From Vicugna vicugna (taxonomy: Eukaryota): DNA of 64,000 nt. The notes beneath the pieces were generated by a model that saw nothing but the letters and a program-made list of their open reading frames with translations, had not been told where the DNA came from and did no database searches. Both the position numbers and the translations under genes were made by a program. The stretch is from positions 1,580,527-1,644,526 of the forward strand of contig MU057880.1 in the NCBI GenBank assembly GCA_013265495.1. The letters run 5' to 3'. Positions 35,201-48,670 of the stretch are shown here, piece after piece (within the stretch, counting starts at the first letter, position 1; each line of letters starts with the position of its first letter).

Positions 35201-35626
35201 AAAGGAACACTGGCTCTTAGCAAATGTCAAAATACAAAAACCAAACCAAAATATTCGTCATTTTAAATCAATTGTCTTAACTGGATAGAATTACCAGGGT
35301 TATCTGTAAACTCACTCATTCACTCTACGGCCATTAGTTAAAGGAGACAGCTCATCTGGCACAATGGATAAAGTAATCTATAACTTACCAGTAATTAAGC
35401 CAGATTGCCTCTTCAGAAAGTCCCGTATGGCTTTTGACTAGTAAGTTAAAGTAAGGAATTATGAATTCAGTCCTTCTTTTGATTGAGTTAATTAGAGAAG
35501 AGATTCTCCAACTTCCTCTCCGTTTTGGGGTTTTGCTACACATGCACATAAACATTAGAATATGAGGTCGCTGGGTGGTGGTTACTCTGGTGGTCACCAT
35601 CAAAAATGACTGAGGAATTCCAAAGA
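31538..35626. repeat. ~2-kb head-to-tail tandem duplication (copy 1 31538-33645, copy 2 33646-35626)
   Basis: Junction ...gaattccaaaga|tcctgtcttacatcc...; constant 1981-bp offset of paired ORFs (32098/34079, 33404/35385); about 15 differences seen. Confidence 0.97.
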
Positions 35627-35754
35627 AAGTTCTGGAACTTACAAAGGAACTCAGTATGAAACCCCTCTTGTGGCTTTCAGTCAGGAGGACAGCTTACAAC
35701 CTTCGAGATGACACATTGAAAAGCAGATCTCAAACTTGTGGTTCGTAGGTGACA

Positions 35755-36030
35755 TAGGGCATGGGGAGGGATAAATTTGGAGTTTGAGATTTGTAGATAG
35801 ACACTACTGTATATAAAGTAGATAAATAATAAGGTCCTATTGTATAGCACAAGAAACTGTATTCAATATCTTGTAATAGTCAGCAATGAAAAAATATAAA
35901 AAGGAATATATACATGTATATGTATAACTGAAACATTATGCTATACACCTGAAATTAGCACAACATTGTAAACTGATGATACTTCAATTTAAAAAGAAAA
36001 GAAACGAAAAGAAAAGAAAAGAAAAGAAAA
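35755..36030 (+). mobile_element. L1 3'UTR fragment with (GAAAA)n tail
   Basis: gggagggataaatttggagtttgagatttgtagat...acaacattgtaaactg followed by GAAAA repeats. Confidence 0.9.
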
Positions 36031-36243
36031 TCTCAGAGAGAAACTTGTTGCTCACCCACAGGCAAAAGAAGATCTGTCCAGACCCTTGGATGTTCACCAG
36101 GGCTGCTTTTGAAACAGGATGTTAGATATCAACACAGGACTTAGCCTAACTTGTTTTGGAAATGACAGTTTTCTCAATGGCACTGAGAATTTATTTTATT
36201 CTTTATCTATGTCACATCACTTGTCTATTTAAAAATGATGTTG

Positions 36244-38154
36244 ATCTTTTCGGATTAAGATTCCCTCTGGATATATGCCCAGGAGTGGGATTGCTGGATC
36301 ATATGATAAGTCTATTTTTAGTCTTTTGAGGAATCTCCATACTGTTTTCCACAGTGGCTGCACCAAACTGCATTCCCACCAGCAGTGTAGGAGGGTTCCC
36401 TTTTCTCCATAGCCTCTCCAGTATTTTCCATTTGTGGACATTTGAATGATGGCCATTCTGACTGGTGTGAGGTCTTCATTGTAGTTTTGACTTGCATTTC
36501 TCTGATAATTAGTGACACTGAGCATTTTTTCATGTGCCTGTTGGACATTCGTATGTCTTCATTGGAGAATTTTTGTTTAGATCTTCTGATCATTTTTGGA
36601 TTGGGTTACTTGTCTTTTTCTGATTAAGTTGCATGAGCTGTTTATATATTCTGGAAATTAAGCCTTCATCAGTCTCATTTTTTGCAAGTATTTTCTCCCA
36701 TTCCGTAGATTGTCATTTTGTTTTGCTTATGGTTTCCTTTGCTGTGCAAAAGCTTGTAAATTTAATTAGGTCCCATTTGTTTATTCTTGCTTTTATTTCT
36801 ATTGCTTGGATAGACTGCCCTAGGAGAACATTGCTGATATTTATGTGAGATAATATTTTACCTATGTTTTCTTCTAGGAGATTTATTGTGTCTTGTCTCA
36901 TGTATAAGCCTTTAAGCCATTTTCAGTTTATTTTTGTGTATGGTGTGAGGGAGTGTTCTAGCTTCATTGATTTACATGCTGCTGTCCAGTTTTCCCAACA
37001 GCATTTGCTGAAGAGACTGTCTTTATTCCATTGTATGTTCTTGCCTCCTTTGTCAAAGATTAATTGACCAAAAGTTTGTGAGTTCATTTCTGGGCTCTCT
37101 ATTCTGTTCCACTGATCCATATGTCTGTTTTTGTACCAGTACCATGCTCTTTTGATGACTGTAGCTCTGTAGTATTGTCTGAAGTCTGGGAGGATTAGTC
37201 CTCCAGCTTCATTCTTTTTCTTCGGTAATGCTTATGCAATTCTGGGTCTTTTGTGATTCCATATAAATTTTAGTATGATTTGCTCTAGTTCTGTGAAAAA
37301 TGTCCTGGGTAATTTGATAGGGATTGCATTAAATCTGTAGAATGCTTTGGGTAGTATGGCCATTTTAACAATGTTGATTCTTCCAATGGAAGAACATGAG
37401 ATATCTTTCCAATTCCTCAAGTCCTCTTTCATTTCTTTAGTCAGCATTTTGTAGTTCTCTGCATATAAGTCTTTCACTTTCTTGGTCAGATTTATTCCTA
37501 AGTACTTTCCCTGGGCATATATCCAGAGGGAACCTTAATTCAAAAAGATACCTGCACCCCAATGTTCATAGCAGCACTATTTATAACAGTCAAGACATGG
37601 AGACAACCTAAATTTCCATCGACAGATGACTGGATAAAGAAGTTGTGGCATATTTATACAATGGAAAACTGCTCAGCCATAAAAAATAACAAAACAATGC
37701 CATTTGCAGCAACATGGACGGCCCTGGGGAATGTCATCCTAAGTGAAGTAAGCCAGAAAGAGAAAGGAAAATACCACATGAGATCACTCAGATGTGGAAT
37801 CTAAAAAAGGAAAAGACAAACAAACATTAACAAAACAGAAATGGACTCACAGACATAGAAAATAAATTTATGGTTACCAGGGAGGATGTGGGTGGGAAGG
37901 GATAAATTGAGAGTTTGAGATCTGCAGATACTGACTGGTATATATAAAATAGATAAACAAATGTATACTGTACAGCACAGGGCACTATATTCAATATCTT
38001 GTAGTAGCTTATGGTGAAAAAAATATGAAAACAAATACATGTGTATTAAGTGTGACTGAAGCATTGTGCTGTACACCAGAAACTGACACAACATTGTAAA
38101 CTGACTATACTTCAATTAAAAATAAATAAAATAAAAAAAGAAGGAAAAAAATTT
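36244..38154. mobile_element. 5'-inverted (twin-primed) L1 insertion
   Basis: ORF2 segment on the minus strand (36244-37507), then ORF2 end, 3'UTR and poly(A) on the plus strand (37510-38150). TSD core tgttgatc at 36239-36246 and 38161-38168. Confidence 0.9.
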
Positions 38155-39111
38155 TAAATTTGTTGATCAAGCAAGTTTCTGATAAACTGTATGATCATTT
38201 AAAGGCTGGCATTTTATTTAATGAATTCCCAGCAGCTGGTGCCTGCATCATTTTTTAGGTTATCATATATATAGTTTTATTAATGTGCCTTTAACTCACT
38301 GTTTAAAATAACACAAATTTAGGCCAGAACTTCAAGTATCCTGTGTGCAATCTTTATTACTGAGGTCACAGACTATTATTTATGATGTGTTTGTGTATGC
38401 ATGTGCTGTAGTCGCCGGCAATAAAGATTCTTTTTGTAGATTTCTTTTTAATTTTTAGATTTCAACTTCTATCAATTTGGGCATCTTATACCCTGACTTG
38501 AATCTATTACGTCAAGAAGAGTAATCTTTGAACTGCCTAGAAAATATGCATAAAGGCAGAAACGTGTTCACAATCAATAATTTTTACTTCTAGTTCTTTT
38601 TTTTTTTTTTTTGATTCTGTCTTCTGATTTAATGTTATTATAACTCTGGAATGTTTGCCTGTGTTTCTGGCCATGATCACAGTCGAAAATACCCAGGGTC
38701 ACAGCCAGGGGGTGGAGGGTTTCACATCAACAGATTCTGTGTTAACGACACACAAATGGGACATATTTGAATGCAGCCTTTAGCAGCTGCACCGCTAGTT
38801 AAGGGGAAACTCAGTCCCACAGGCCAGCGTACAGAGTCATAAGTGGAAATGAACTGCCAAGCGAGGCTCAACATAATAAGCAACTTAGCTGCCTGTGACC
38901 CTTCTCTAGTGTTTACGGAAAAGTGAGACCTAGGACACAGTTTCATTGATTTGCACTTATTTTATCTATTTCCTATTTGTCTATGTCATTACTGTGACAT
39001 GGCTCTGGCCAAAGCCAGATCTCTTACTGGAACTCTTGGACAGCTTTCCTGGGACTCACGCAACCAGTCAGGAGTCCTTAACCTCAGTCACTTCCAGGCC
39101 CTGCTCTACGG

Positions 39112-39290
39112 CATGGTCCTTGGTCTTAGACGCACACTGGAGTCACCTGTGCAGCATTTAAAATCATACAGTCATCCAGACCCCATCTCTAGAGACTCGC
39201 TTTATATTGTACTCAGGCACTGAGTATTCTTAAGCATTTTTACAAAGCTCTCTAAGGGAGGCTAATATGTGGTCAGAGCTGAGAACCTAT
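39112..39290. mobile_element. hAT-Charlie MITE remnant (MER5-like)
   Basis: tggagtcacctgtgcagcatttaaaa...catttttacaaagctc...aatatgtggtcagagctgagaacc. Confidence 0.7.
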
Positions 39291-40228
39291 GCTCTGTTAT
39301 GCGACACTGAGGTTCCCACCCTGTCCATTTTCAGACACTCAAGAAACATAAAAATCTAGAGTCAAGAATAAAAACCTTGGAAGGAAGCTTAGAAATTATT
39401 AATGGATTCTTTTCAGACAGGAATCTGTCTTATCACATTTCTGATGGGTAGTGATCCAACGTTGATAATGTCCCAGTGCCATTTTATTTCTGACAACTCC
39501 AAACTTGTTTCTTAAGTCTAAGCCAAAATATCTTTTCTTTTCGTTTTCACTCAGAATTTCCTTTGTAATTCTGTGTGGTTTTTTTTTTTTTTTTTTGGAG
39601 AAGCTCTGGGACTGGATAATTTTACTGAGTGTTTATTCGTGTATCTTCACAGTGTCCTTTGGAATACTGGTGGAATTATCCACTGGATATCAATGTTGAA
39701 TGTTTTTTTAATGGATACATGTTTTGAATCATTTCATTGTTATTTATAACAAACTCTGCCTGTCCCTTTTCTGCATTTAAACAGGTCTGAGTGTTCTGCT
39801 CTTCAAACTGTAGAGGACAAAAAGTTTCTAGTTGTGAAGGCTTAGAGCTGGCAGTAAGTTACAATTTCATTCAGCTGAGTTGGAAAATCAAAAGCCTATG
39901 GTTAAGTTCCATCTCCACCATTAATAAGTGAACATGGGTGCAAGCAAGTAGCCACTGTATGCACAGTACTCTGATATCTGGAGTGGTTGAGCCTTTTGTC
40001 AGAGCTTTGGATGGACCGCGCTCAATCTGACTGATGGTTAATGGTTTCTTCTCTGTTGCAAGCCCTCAAGAATCAGGTACCAGGGCATCATCAATTACTG
40101 CCATTCCCATCCACTGCTTCCTCCAGTTCCCCCTCTCCTGGCTATCCTTCCCTCCTGCCCTCCTTACTTTCACATTGACTGAGCAGACATGGTCAGTTTC
40201 TCTAAAGCAGAGATGAAAGCTATTACCT

Positions 40229-40256
40229 TTTGTTTGTTTGTTTGTTTGTTTGTTTG
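40229..40256. repeat. (TTTG)n microsatellite
   Basis: Directly visible. Confidence 0.9.
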
Positions 40257-43200
40257 CACTTTTCTCATGTCATCCCTTAATCAAGTGATCTTTCAGGGTG
40301 AAAATGAACATGAGTCAAGCGAAGACATAATTGGACATTTTGCTGCTGTGTCTGACATTTGATTCTAGAAGCACATTGAAATTCTGTGCTTTAGTCCTTA
40401 AATGAATATAGAAATGCCAATTATAGATTCATTTCTTTGACTTAAATTTTCTTCTTTTGATAAATACTATCACATTTGTTTTCCCCTGTAATGGGAAACA
40501 TGGAGGGAAAAAAATTACACACATTTTTTTTCCCCTCAGTGTGAAATAAAGTAACTTGCGCTCCAGGGATGGTTAAGAAGATTGTGGTCCTTTCTGCCTG
40601 TGCCAGTATCCTCACTTCCTCTTCATGCTCTGAGCCTGTGCTTGTGTTGGAAAAGTACGATCATTGGAATTCTAGGCTGCCATTTGTATTTTCCAGGTCA
40701 GCAGAGCCTCCCAAGGTATATTTTTCCCCTCACATTTTCATTGTTTGCCTTTTCTATTCTGCACAAGCAAATCTGATCCATGCTCTTATTCATTTTGCTC
40801 AGAAGATTTTGGTGATAGAAGTAGAAAACAGTGAGACCGTCTGCCTCTTCGCCTTATGCTAGCTGTGTCTTCTGGAAGCAAAGCCTTGGTGGTAAATGGA
40901 TGTCTATGTGGGTACAAGGAAGAGGAAGTAGCCACCAAGATGGCTAGCTTCGAAGGCTCTGTGGTGGTGAAGCCGCTGTGACAGTGGTCCCTTGGGCTCT
41001 GGGCCAGGCAGAGCGTCTGCGTGGTCGTCTTATTGCCTGGGTGATCAGCATCACGGCCGGTGTGACGCACAGCCGACTTCTGCCAGCCTGTACCATGCAC
41101 AGCCTGCGGTCCGCAGCGCACACAGAGAAGGAGCGTTCCTTATGGAAATGAGCCTTCACTCTCATCAGCTGGCACGAGGCATTTATGAGGGTCATCGCGC
41201 CCTTCGTTGGCACCTGGCGGGGGGGAGGGGGCTGCTCTTAGGCAGATGGTGCTAATTCATTTTCAGCTACAATTTTTACTTTACTCACAGACTGGCCTTC
41301 CGAAAACCTGTCAGATGAATGTGAGAAAAACAGACATGGTTTTTTTTTAAAGATGTAGTAAATGACAAACAGGAGAGGAAGTAACTCTCTCATACATAAG
41401 GGGGTCCATTGTGTACAGACACTCCTTGTTCAGGACAACTGTTATAATATTATTAGTCAATATGTGTATATACATACAAACCCACTGCATTTACATTTAT
41501 AACTAGCATTTACAATTTTTCTACTTTGGAGGAAAATATAAAACATGTCTCCTTGACTTATTACTTCAGATAGAGATAAACAAATAATGTAATCCTGCTT
41601 CAAGTAAAAATTCATACGTCTAGAGGCCTTAAAAACTAAATCATAATTAAAGTGAATCGATTAATCAGAATAAATAATTAGCCGTTGACTCTGCTCACAG
41701 CTGGTAGAGATTAATTTCTAAACTTCAAAGGGTATCGAAACAGGGCATTTTCAAAAATCAAAAGAAGACTACATTTTCAAACCATATCTTTCCTTTTGAT
41801 TCGTGGCATAGGAAATGCAAGACACTGGGAAGACATGAAAACGTGAGGAGTTGTCAGCACAGTGATAAGTGAGTAAACATCGATTTAGATTCTTCTTCTA
41901 ACAACGTGGAAGGAACTTTCGAATTGCCAACAGAACTTAAAATGCTGCTTGTACAAATTTCATTTCCAGGCATTAACTTTGATATTTATGCATGAGAAAA
42001 TGACAAAGAACTTTCATTAATTTTACAATTTCAGCAGCAAAAAAAAGAGTGCTTTTACTGTAATATTCTTTCCTGTAGATGATAAATTCTTTCTTCTTAT
42101 AAGATGAAACACCACAGTTTCTATCTTTAAGAGAAAGACATCAGAGACTCGCAGTCTTTTTTGTAAACAATGAAACTTTCTAGCCCCATCAAATGTTGTT
42201 TCAGACCCCTGCCAAAACTGTATTTTAACACATTTTTTGTATTAATCATTTTGTATTTATTTAACATTCACTTCTAGCATTTTCATAGTGTATGATGCCA
42301 GTAATAAATCATTTATTCATAGTATTGAAAGGGGGAGGGAAAGATGAAGTGATGGAGATGGTAACAATAGATTATATATTGCATACAAGCTCAGTAGTTT
42401 AGGATGAAAGTTGATTAAAAAGAAATAAAAGCAAAAAAATCATAAAATAGTCAAAAGATTCAGCATTGAGCCTTTCAAAGAGTTTAAACTTTCTGTAGGC
42501 TTTATCTAAGGTTGTTCATGTTTTATTAAGTTAAAAACACGTTTGCCTATTTCAGCACCTACTAATTATGAATTTTTTGATCACTAGAAAAATATACAAA
42601 TAGAACCTATTTTTCTCTTAAAAGATAGACATTAAGGTAGATGTAGTTCACTTCTATAAAAGTTATCTTCATCTAAAGACACGTTTTTATACTTCTAGAT
42701 ATAGAAATGGGTATTTTCTACCTAACTGTCCTTCACTAACTAGTCCATTCATTCTAGAAGCATGTTTTTGGTTCCCTACCACATACCAGCTCTAAACAGG
42801 ACGCCATGAGACAGTCTTTCTTGGGTGGGTCTCCTTGGTAAAATGCAAATGTATCATTTTTACCTGCCCTCCTCTGATTTTTTTTTCCACATCCAAATAT
42901 GAGCTATCTTTTGCAACTTAGTTTATTTTTGAGAGTTTCCAAAGAAATCACACGGTTTCAAGTTGGACATTAACAGCATTCTTTAGAGACTTTTAATTCT
43001 GAGGATAAAATATTTGAGGCTACAGTCAATGACCTAAAACCACAGGGTTTCATTATCTGTCCCAGCACTCAAGAGAACTAAAAATGATTTCCTGTGTTAG
43101 ACTAGTGTCAGGCTCACAGCCACGTCCTTGCACTACTTTCATCTGATATCTGAGTGACCGCGTATCTTGTCTGACATTATTCTCAGTCTTCCGCGTCTGC

Positions 43201-43317
43201 ATCAAGTAGTAAGACCTTTCCCCAGAATCTCAACTTTTGCTAAACTGTGGAAGAAAGTGTTTCTCTTTAATCATCAAAATATAATATTTATCTTTTTTAT
43301 ATATCTTAGTATCCACT

Positions 43318-43445
43318 CATGTATGACTGAAGCATTATGCTGTACACCAGAAATTGACACATTGTAAACCGACTATACTTCAATAAAAAATATAAATTAT
43401 ATGTATATACATATATATGTATATATATACGTGCACACACACACA
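43318..43445 (+). mobile_element. Short L1 3' tail followed by TA/CA microsatellite
   Basis: catgtatgactgaagcattatgctgtacaccagaaattgacacattgtaaaccgactatacttcaataaaaaa. Confidence 0.85.
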
Positions 43446-44664
43446 AACCCCACAAACACTATGTATGTAAAAAAATAAAACCTGGATTGATAAAGACTGT
43501 TAAGTATGATGAAAAATATATATAATATTTATGTTCCATCTGCTGTTTTAGGGAAGAAGAACTCGAATCCACTTCTCTTCGATACCTATCAAGTTTCACT
43601 ATAAGAAACATAACAGGCAATGTGACATTCAAATTGGCTCCAGGTCAACATCCTTCAATCCATAGGTCACAAGGCCATTTGTGGGTCAGGAAATTAATGT
43701 ATTAGTTCCTGGCCAACTTTTAAATGACATTAGAGTAAAATAGAAAATGTCAGAGTACACCTTTCACAGTAAGTCTTAGGCTCTTTCATTATGTGTGTGT
43801 TTATAGTTATATGTACTAATATTCATTTTAGTATGATTCATAAAATACTTGATGTTTTGTCTTCATATGTTAATCTGTAACATCACTGAAGGATGTTCCT
43901 GGACTCTATAATTCTGGTACCGTTTGGAAATTATTATTGAATTCTGCTTTGGAATACTGTTATCCGTTCACAACAAAGGGCAATTATAACACAACAACAA
44001 CTGCGTGAATTCTGTTGTTGATTTATTTGCTGAGGGAAATGGTTCTTACTCCCTGAGGACTTGGACCACAGTCACTACTTTACAAGAATCCGCAGGAGAA
44101 ATTTATTGTATCTATGCTAGCAATGATTCATGATTCTTCTGACAAGTTTACTAATTGAATTTCATTTATTTATTTGGTAGAGACAGGTAGGAGTCCTGGA
44201 ACAAAATTTGTAGGCCCTGTTATAACAAGAAGACAGGATATTATGGCTTAAATATTATGCATTAATTTAATACTAGTTTCATTTTATATTGTGAACATTT
44301 TTCAATTTTTTCTCCGCCTTATTCATTTATTTTTAAAAATGTTGGCATCTGGTTAGAATTTTACACATTCAGCATGGAATAAACACATCTGTACATAGAT
44401 ACACTCATAAATCAACCATAAGGAATGAAAATGATGCTTGATTTGTCTCTTAAGGAGTCATTATAATAACCAGCTAACGGTGGGACTGAGACTTTCAGGC
44501 CATGACCTTGAATACAAGTTATGCCAAACTAGATGATATAAAAATTTTGGTCAGGGAATGTTACCTTTATGCACTTAGAGTCAATCTTTAAGGGATTCAT
44601 AAATACCTGATTTTATAAAGTGTAGCCAACATAGAAAAATATCACCATTTAGTGTTTGCAAGAT

Positions 44665-44900
44665 GCTGAGTGTAAATATTAAGACTGTAGATTTTGGAAC
44701 CTGAACCCCTGGCTTTCGGCTTACTAGCTACATCATCTAGAGCAAGGCATTAGCCCCACTATGACTGAACGCCTTATTCCCCAAATGGGGGCAATAATAG
44801 AATCTCCTTTGTAGAATCACTGAAAGGGTTAAACTTTGAGTACACACAAGGCTGAGAATGGTATGTGGCTCACAGAAATAACTCAAGTTTAGCAATTATT
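44665..44900 (+). mobile_element. MIR
   Basis: cttactagct...gagcaagg...aaatgggggcaataatagaatc...ttagcaattatt. Confidence 0.7.
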
Positions 44901-45702
44901 TCCATCCTCTCTCTTCCACAGCTACGTTGCTTTCTTTCATAAAAACAACCCTTTTAATGCCTTCTCTTTTCTTTTTCCTTAACAAGTCTCAGGTCCTCCT
45001 CCTCCATTTCAACGATTTGCCATTTGAGAAGTCCAGAGAACCTTGCCACGTGGTTCAGTCAATTTATTCCCTTAAACATTTCCTCTAGTTTTGGGAAATT
45101 TCACTGGTGCATTATACATATTGGAGAAAAAAAGAGCCTCTTAGGCAACTGGGATAAAGAAATGAAAGATTTCCAGAATGGGAGGGATAGGAATGTGCTG
45201 TGCATGTTGTAGCATCACTTTGATTTAAGTAATTGTATCTTTCGCTTTTAAGACCATGAAATGTTTTATATTTAATAATTCTATTGATATCTCTATCTTT
45301 TTTGCTCAAGACAGTACTCAGAGTAAAGATGTTTATATGTGTTTTTCAGTTTTTACAACACTTAACTGAATACCAGCATTTATACTTTTGTGGTATTTAA
45401 TATAATGATTATGATTTTTTCTCTAAAATCTTACTGTCTCCCCTACACGTCTACTCTCACTCTCTCTTCCAATTTTCTTATTGCATTTCCCCTTATATGT
45501 AACATCAAGAAAAGAAAGACGTGTCTGCCCTCTCACAAAGGTCTCCCCTACAACGCTGTGAGTTTATCCATTAGCTGTGGCCTTGTTATCAAAGTCATTA
45601 CCGCACTGAAGAATCCAGCCAGTAAGACAGTTCTCACTCTTTGTGAAGGAGAGATCAGGAAATTATGAGAACAAGTTAATACACAATCTTCATTTGTGTC
45701 GT

Positions 45703-45790
45703 ATTTTTTTAATGAAGGTACTGAGGATTGAATCCAGGAGACTTCATGTATGCTAAGCACCTGCTCTACCACTGAGCTGTACCCTCCACC
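45703..45790 (-). mobile_element. vic-1-type SINE
   Basis: aggtactgaggattgaatccagg...ctctaccactgagctgtaccctcc. Confidence 0.87.
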
Positions 45791-46520
45791 AAATACACTA
45801 TCTTTGAAAGAGACTGAAGCCACAGCATATAAAAGGAACCCCATGCCAAGAAGGTCCAGGAGAGGCGGTTCCTTCCCTCATACTGTTCCTGTTAGAAAAG
45901 CAGAGCTATTGGCAGTCCCCCAGGTGTGGTGCGTTCTTTGACTGGAAGCCCTCTACCTACTCATCTGTTTACTTGTCCTTCAGGCAGCAGCTCCGGCCCA
46001 GCCTTGTCTGAGACTTTCTTGACGTTCAGAGACAGAATTAGGCTCATCTTCCTCTGTGACCCTGTGCGATGCCCCCACGGCAGCCGTTACCCTGACCCTG
46101 AGGGTCCCTTGGCCCGTCCTTCCCTGGCCTGGGGTCCCGCATCGTCATATTCACAGATCCTACAGAAGTGCTTAGGGTAAAGTGCATGCGGTCACAGGGA
46201 CTGAGTCAGGAACTTAAAGATGCATAGCAGAAATGTGGAGTTTCCTCCCTTTCTGATTAAAAGCAATAAATATTATTGACTGGTGTGGAAAAAATATAGC
46301 ATTGGATTTTTTTTCTCGGCCTTCACTCTTCAGAACAACATATAAATAAAATTAGGAAATCCATTTCTGTGTATCACATGTGAGTATCAACTTTGTGACA
46401 TTCAAATGGGAAATGAATTGGCTTGGACTGAATAAAGCTCACGGGTACTTCCTACTAGTATAGTAAGGGACTAAAGGTTGTTGCCTGATTTAATTAAAAA
46501 CCAGATAAAATTGAAAAGTT

Positions 46521-46639
46521 GGGGAGGGTATAGCTCAAGTAGTAGAGCGCATGCTTAGCCTGCACAAGGTCCTGGGTTCAAGCCCCAGTCCCTCCTCTAA
46601 AAATAAAATAAATAAATAAAACTAATTGCCTCCCCCTGC

Positions 46640-46672
<33 letters not shown>

Positions 46673-46706
46673 CAAATAAAGTAAATGTTTTTAAAAAGAA
46701 AGAAAA
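46521..46706 (+). mobile_element. Full-length vic-1-type SINE with (AAT)n tail and TSD
   Basis: ggggagggtatagctcaagtagtagagcgcatgcttagc...gtcctgggttcaagcccc (A and B boxes); TSD gaaaagtt at 46513-46520 and 46707-46714. Confidence 0.93.
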
Positions 46707-48074
46707 GAAAAGTTACTGTGTGGATGCCACAATATTTAGTGTAGTCTTTTCTACCAAATATTCCACAGACGACTATTCAGAGAGAAGATCTGAAACAAAA
46801 TAGCAAATAACCTGGGGGCACTTGTACACGGTATCTTGTCTTAGAGACTCACAATCTACATTAGCTTATTAAAGCCCCTCAGAAGTCTTAAGAAAAATAC
46901 ATATAACTTCACAAATGTATTTCCTAAATGTGTTTGACCATTTTAACATCCCAGGGGTTAGTGTTTCTAGGGAAAAAAACACTTTTAAGCTCATTGATAT
47001 AATGAACAATTTGTATCATTTTTATCTACGTCTTGAGAAAGAAAAAGAGAAGGTGCTTCGGTGGAATATGGTGCTCTCTTGAAAGTTCTATTCTTCATAT
47101 TAGAAAATATTAAAATTGCACTTTCAACACAAAACTTACTCATAGGAGTTGTTGGCCTAGAGTTAGGCATCTGGGAAAGTAAACATAAAGGCAGGTCTGA
47201 AAGTCTGAGACCAATTAAAGGGGAAACGGGAAGGATCTAACAGTGATTGCTTCCAAGGAGGTAATCATTAAATAAAATAAAACAGCACTGCAGGAAAAAA
47301 GGGCCACGTGAAGGGAGGAATGTGTTTGAGCTGAAATACATACACCTTTACGCTAAGTGATACTGACAAAGAAGATGAGTTCCAAGGACTCTCCTTGATC
47401 ATCTTCCTCACCTATTTTTCCAGCCAGCAGACGCAGATTCGTGTCCTTGACCTTAGACCTTGAATGATGGGACGTCTGGAAAGAGTATTAGATCACCACA
47501 AATCAGAGACGTCTTCAGCGGTTAGAGTCTAAGCAAAAAGCTATTTTTGAGAACAGATTGATGACCTTCGTTTGTCAGGTCTGCCAGATGGAAGTCATAA
47601 ACTGTGAATTCTCTCATTCTAGTGCATATTTTAGAAAAATATGATCTCTTAACTACCATGGAAGATTTGCAATCTTGATGTGCAGTATTCTGAAGTTATA
47701 TATTTTCTTTGTTGCATTCTATATCATAACTAAACCTCTCTAAAGCACAAATGGGGATATAATTCCCTGGAGATATTTTCAAAAAACAAAAACTAAAGAG
47801 AAATTTTGCTTTTATAGATGATACTTGCTGAAAAAGTATTGTTAAATTCTAACATTCATAAAGAGTAATCACAATGTAACAAATAGAATAGAATTGGGAA
47901 ATGATATCAGAGATCTGTAGCTTTTTATTATGGGATTCTATTATTAAAAACAAAGCAAAGAAACAAGCCTTTAGCAGCTTTTAAAAAGAGGAATCAGGAT
48001 GCCTGGCTATCCCGGAAACTATAACCAAGAATTTACTGTCTCTTACTAATAGCTTATCAAGAATAGCTAGATTA

Positions 48075-48625
48075 GGAATTCATTCACTCAGAAATTGTTT
48101 GCTAAGCACCTATATGGTGACCATGAGGATAAACACTAAGACTATGACAGCCTGGCAGATGCAGTTCCGGAACTCAAGAATCTTACAATCTAATGGGGAG
48201 GATAGAAAGGAAGGCAGGGAGATACATTTTTTGTAGAATGTACTCAGTGATAATTGTATGAAATATCTTCTATTGGAGGAGGTTATGAGTCAGGAAGGTT
48301 CTCAGAGAAATTGACATCTAATTTACAAACCAAGGTATGAGCAGGTTCTCGAACGATCAGGACAAGAAGAGAAGAAGGATTAAAACAGAGACGAGAAAAC
48401 TGTGTGTGAAGCTCTAAAGGTAGGGGAAATCACGGAGAATAACAGATGGGAGCCTTCAAGACTGACAACAGGAGACAGTGTGTGCAGCCATTGTCGTTTG
48501 CCAGTAGAAAGGTGAGTTGGAGTAAACTGAGAGAGAGGCAGAGAAGACGGAAGGAGTAGATGTCTTTGAAACATAGTAAGTATCAAATAGAGACCCTCTA
48601 CCTCTAAGTAGTAAATGCTTTTCAT
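48075..48625 (-). mobile_element. L2 remnant (probably continuing at ~50660-50950)
   Basis: ttcattcactcag...aagcacctatat...tacaatctaatggggagg is an L2 3' end. Confidence 0.65.
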
Positions 48626-48670
48626 GCATCGTGGTATCGATTCCTCCCAAATGTCTGTGAAGTAGTTACA

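Noticed and set aside
46521..46595. tRNA gene
   Set aside because: The tRNA-like head is followed by the SINE body, A-rich tail and TSD, with several decayed copies in the window.
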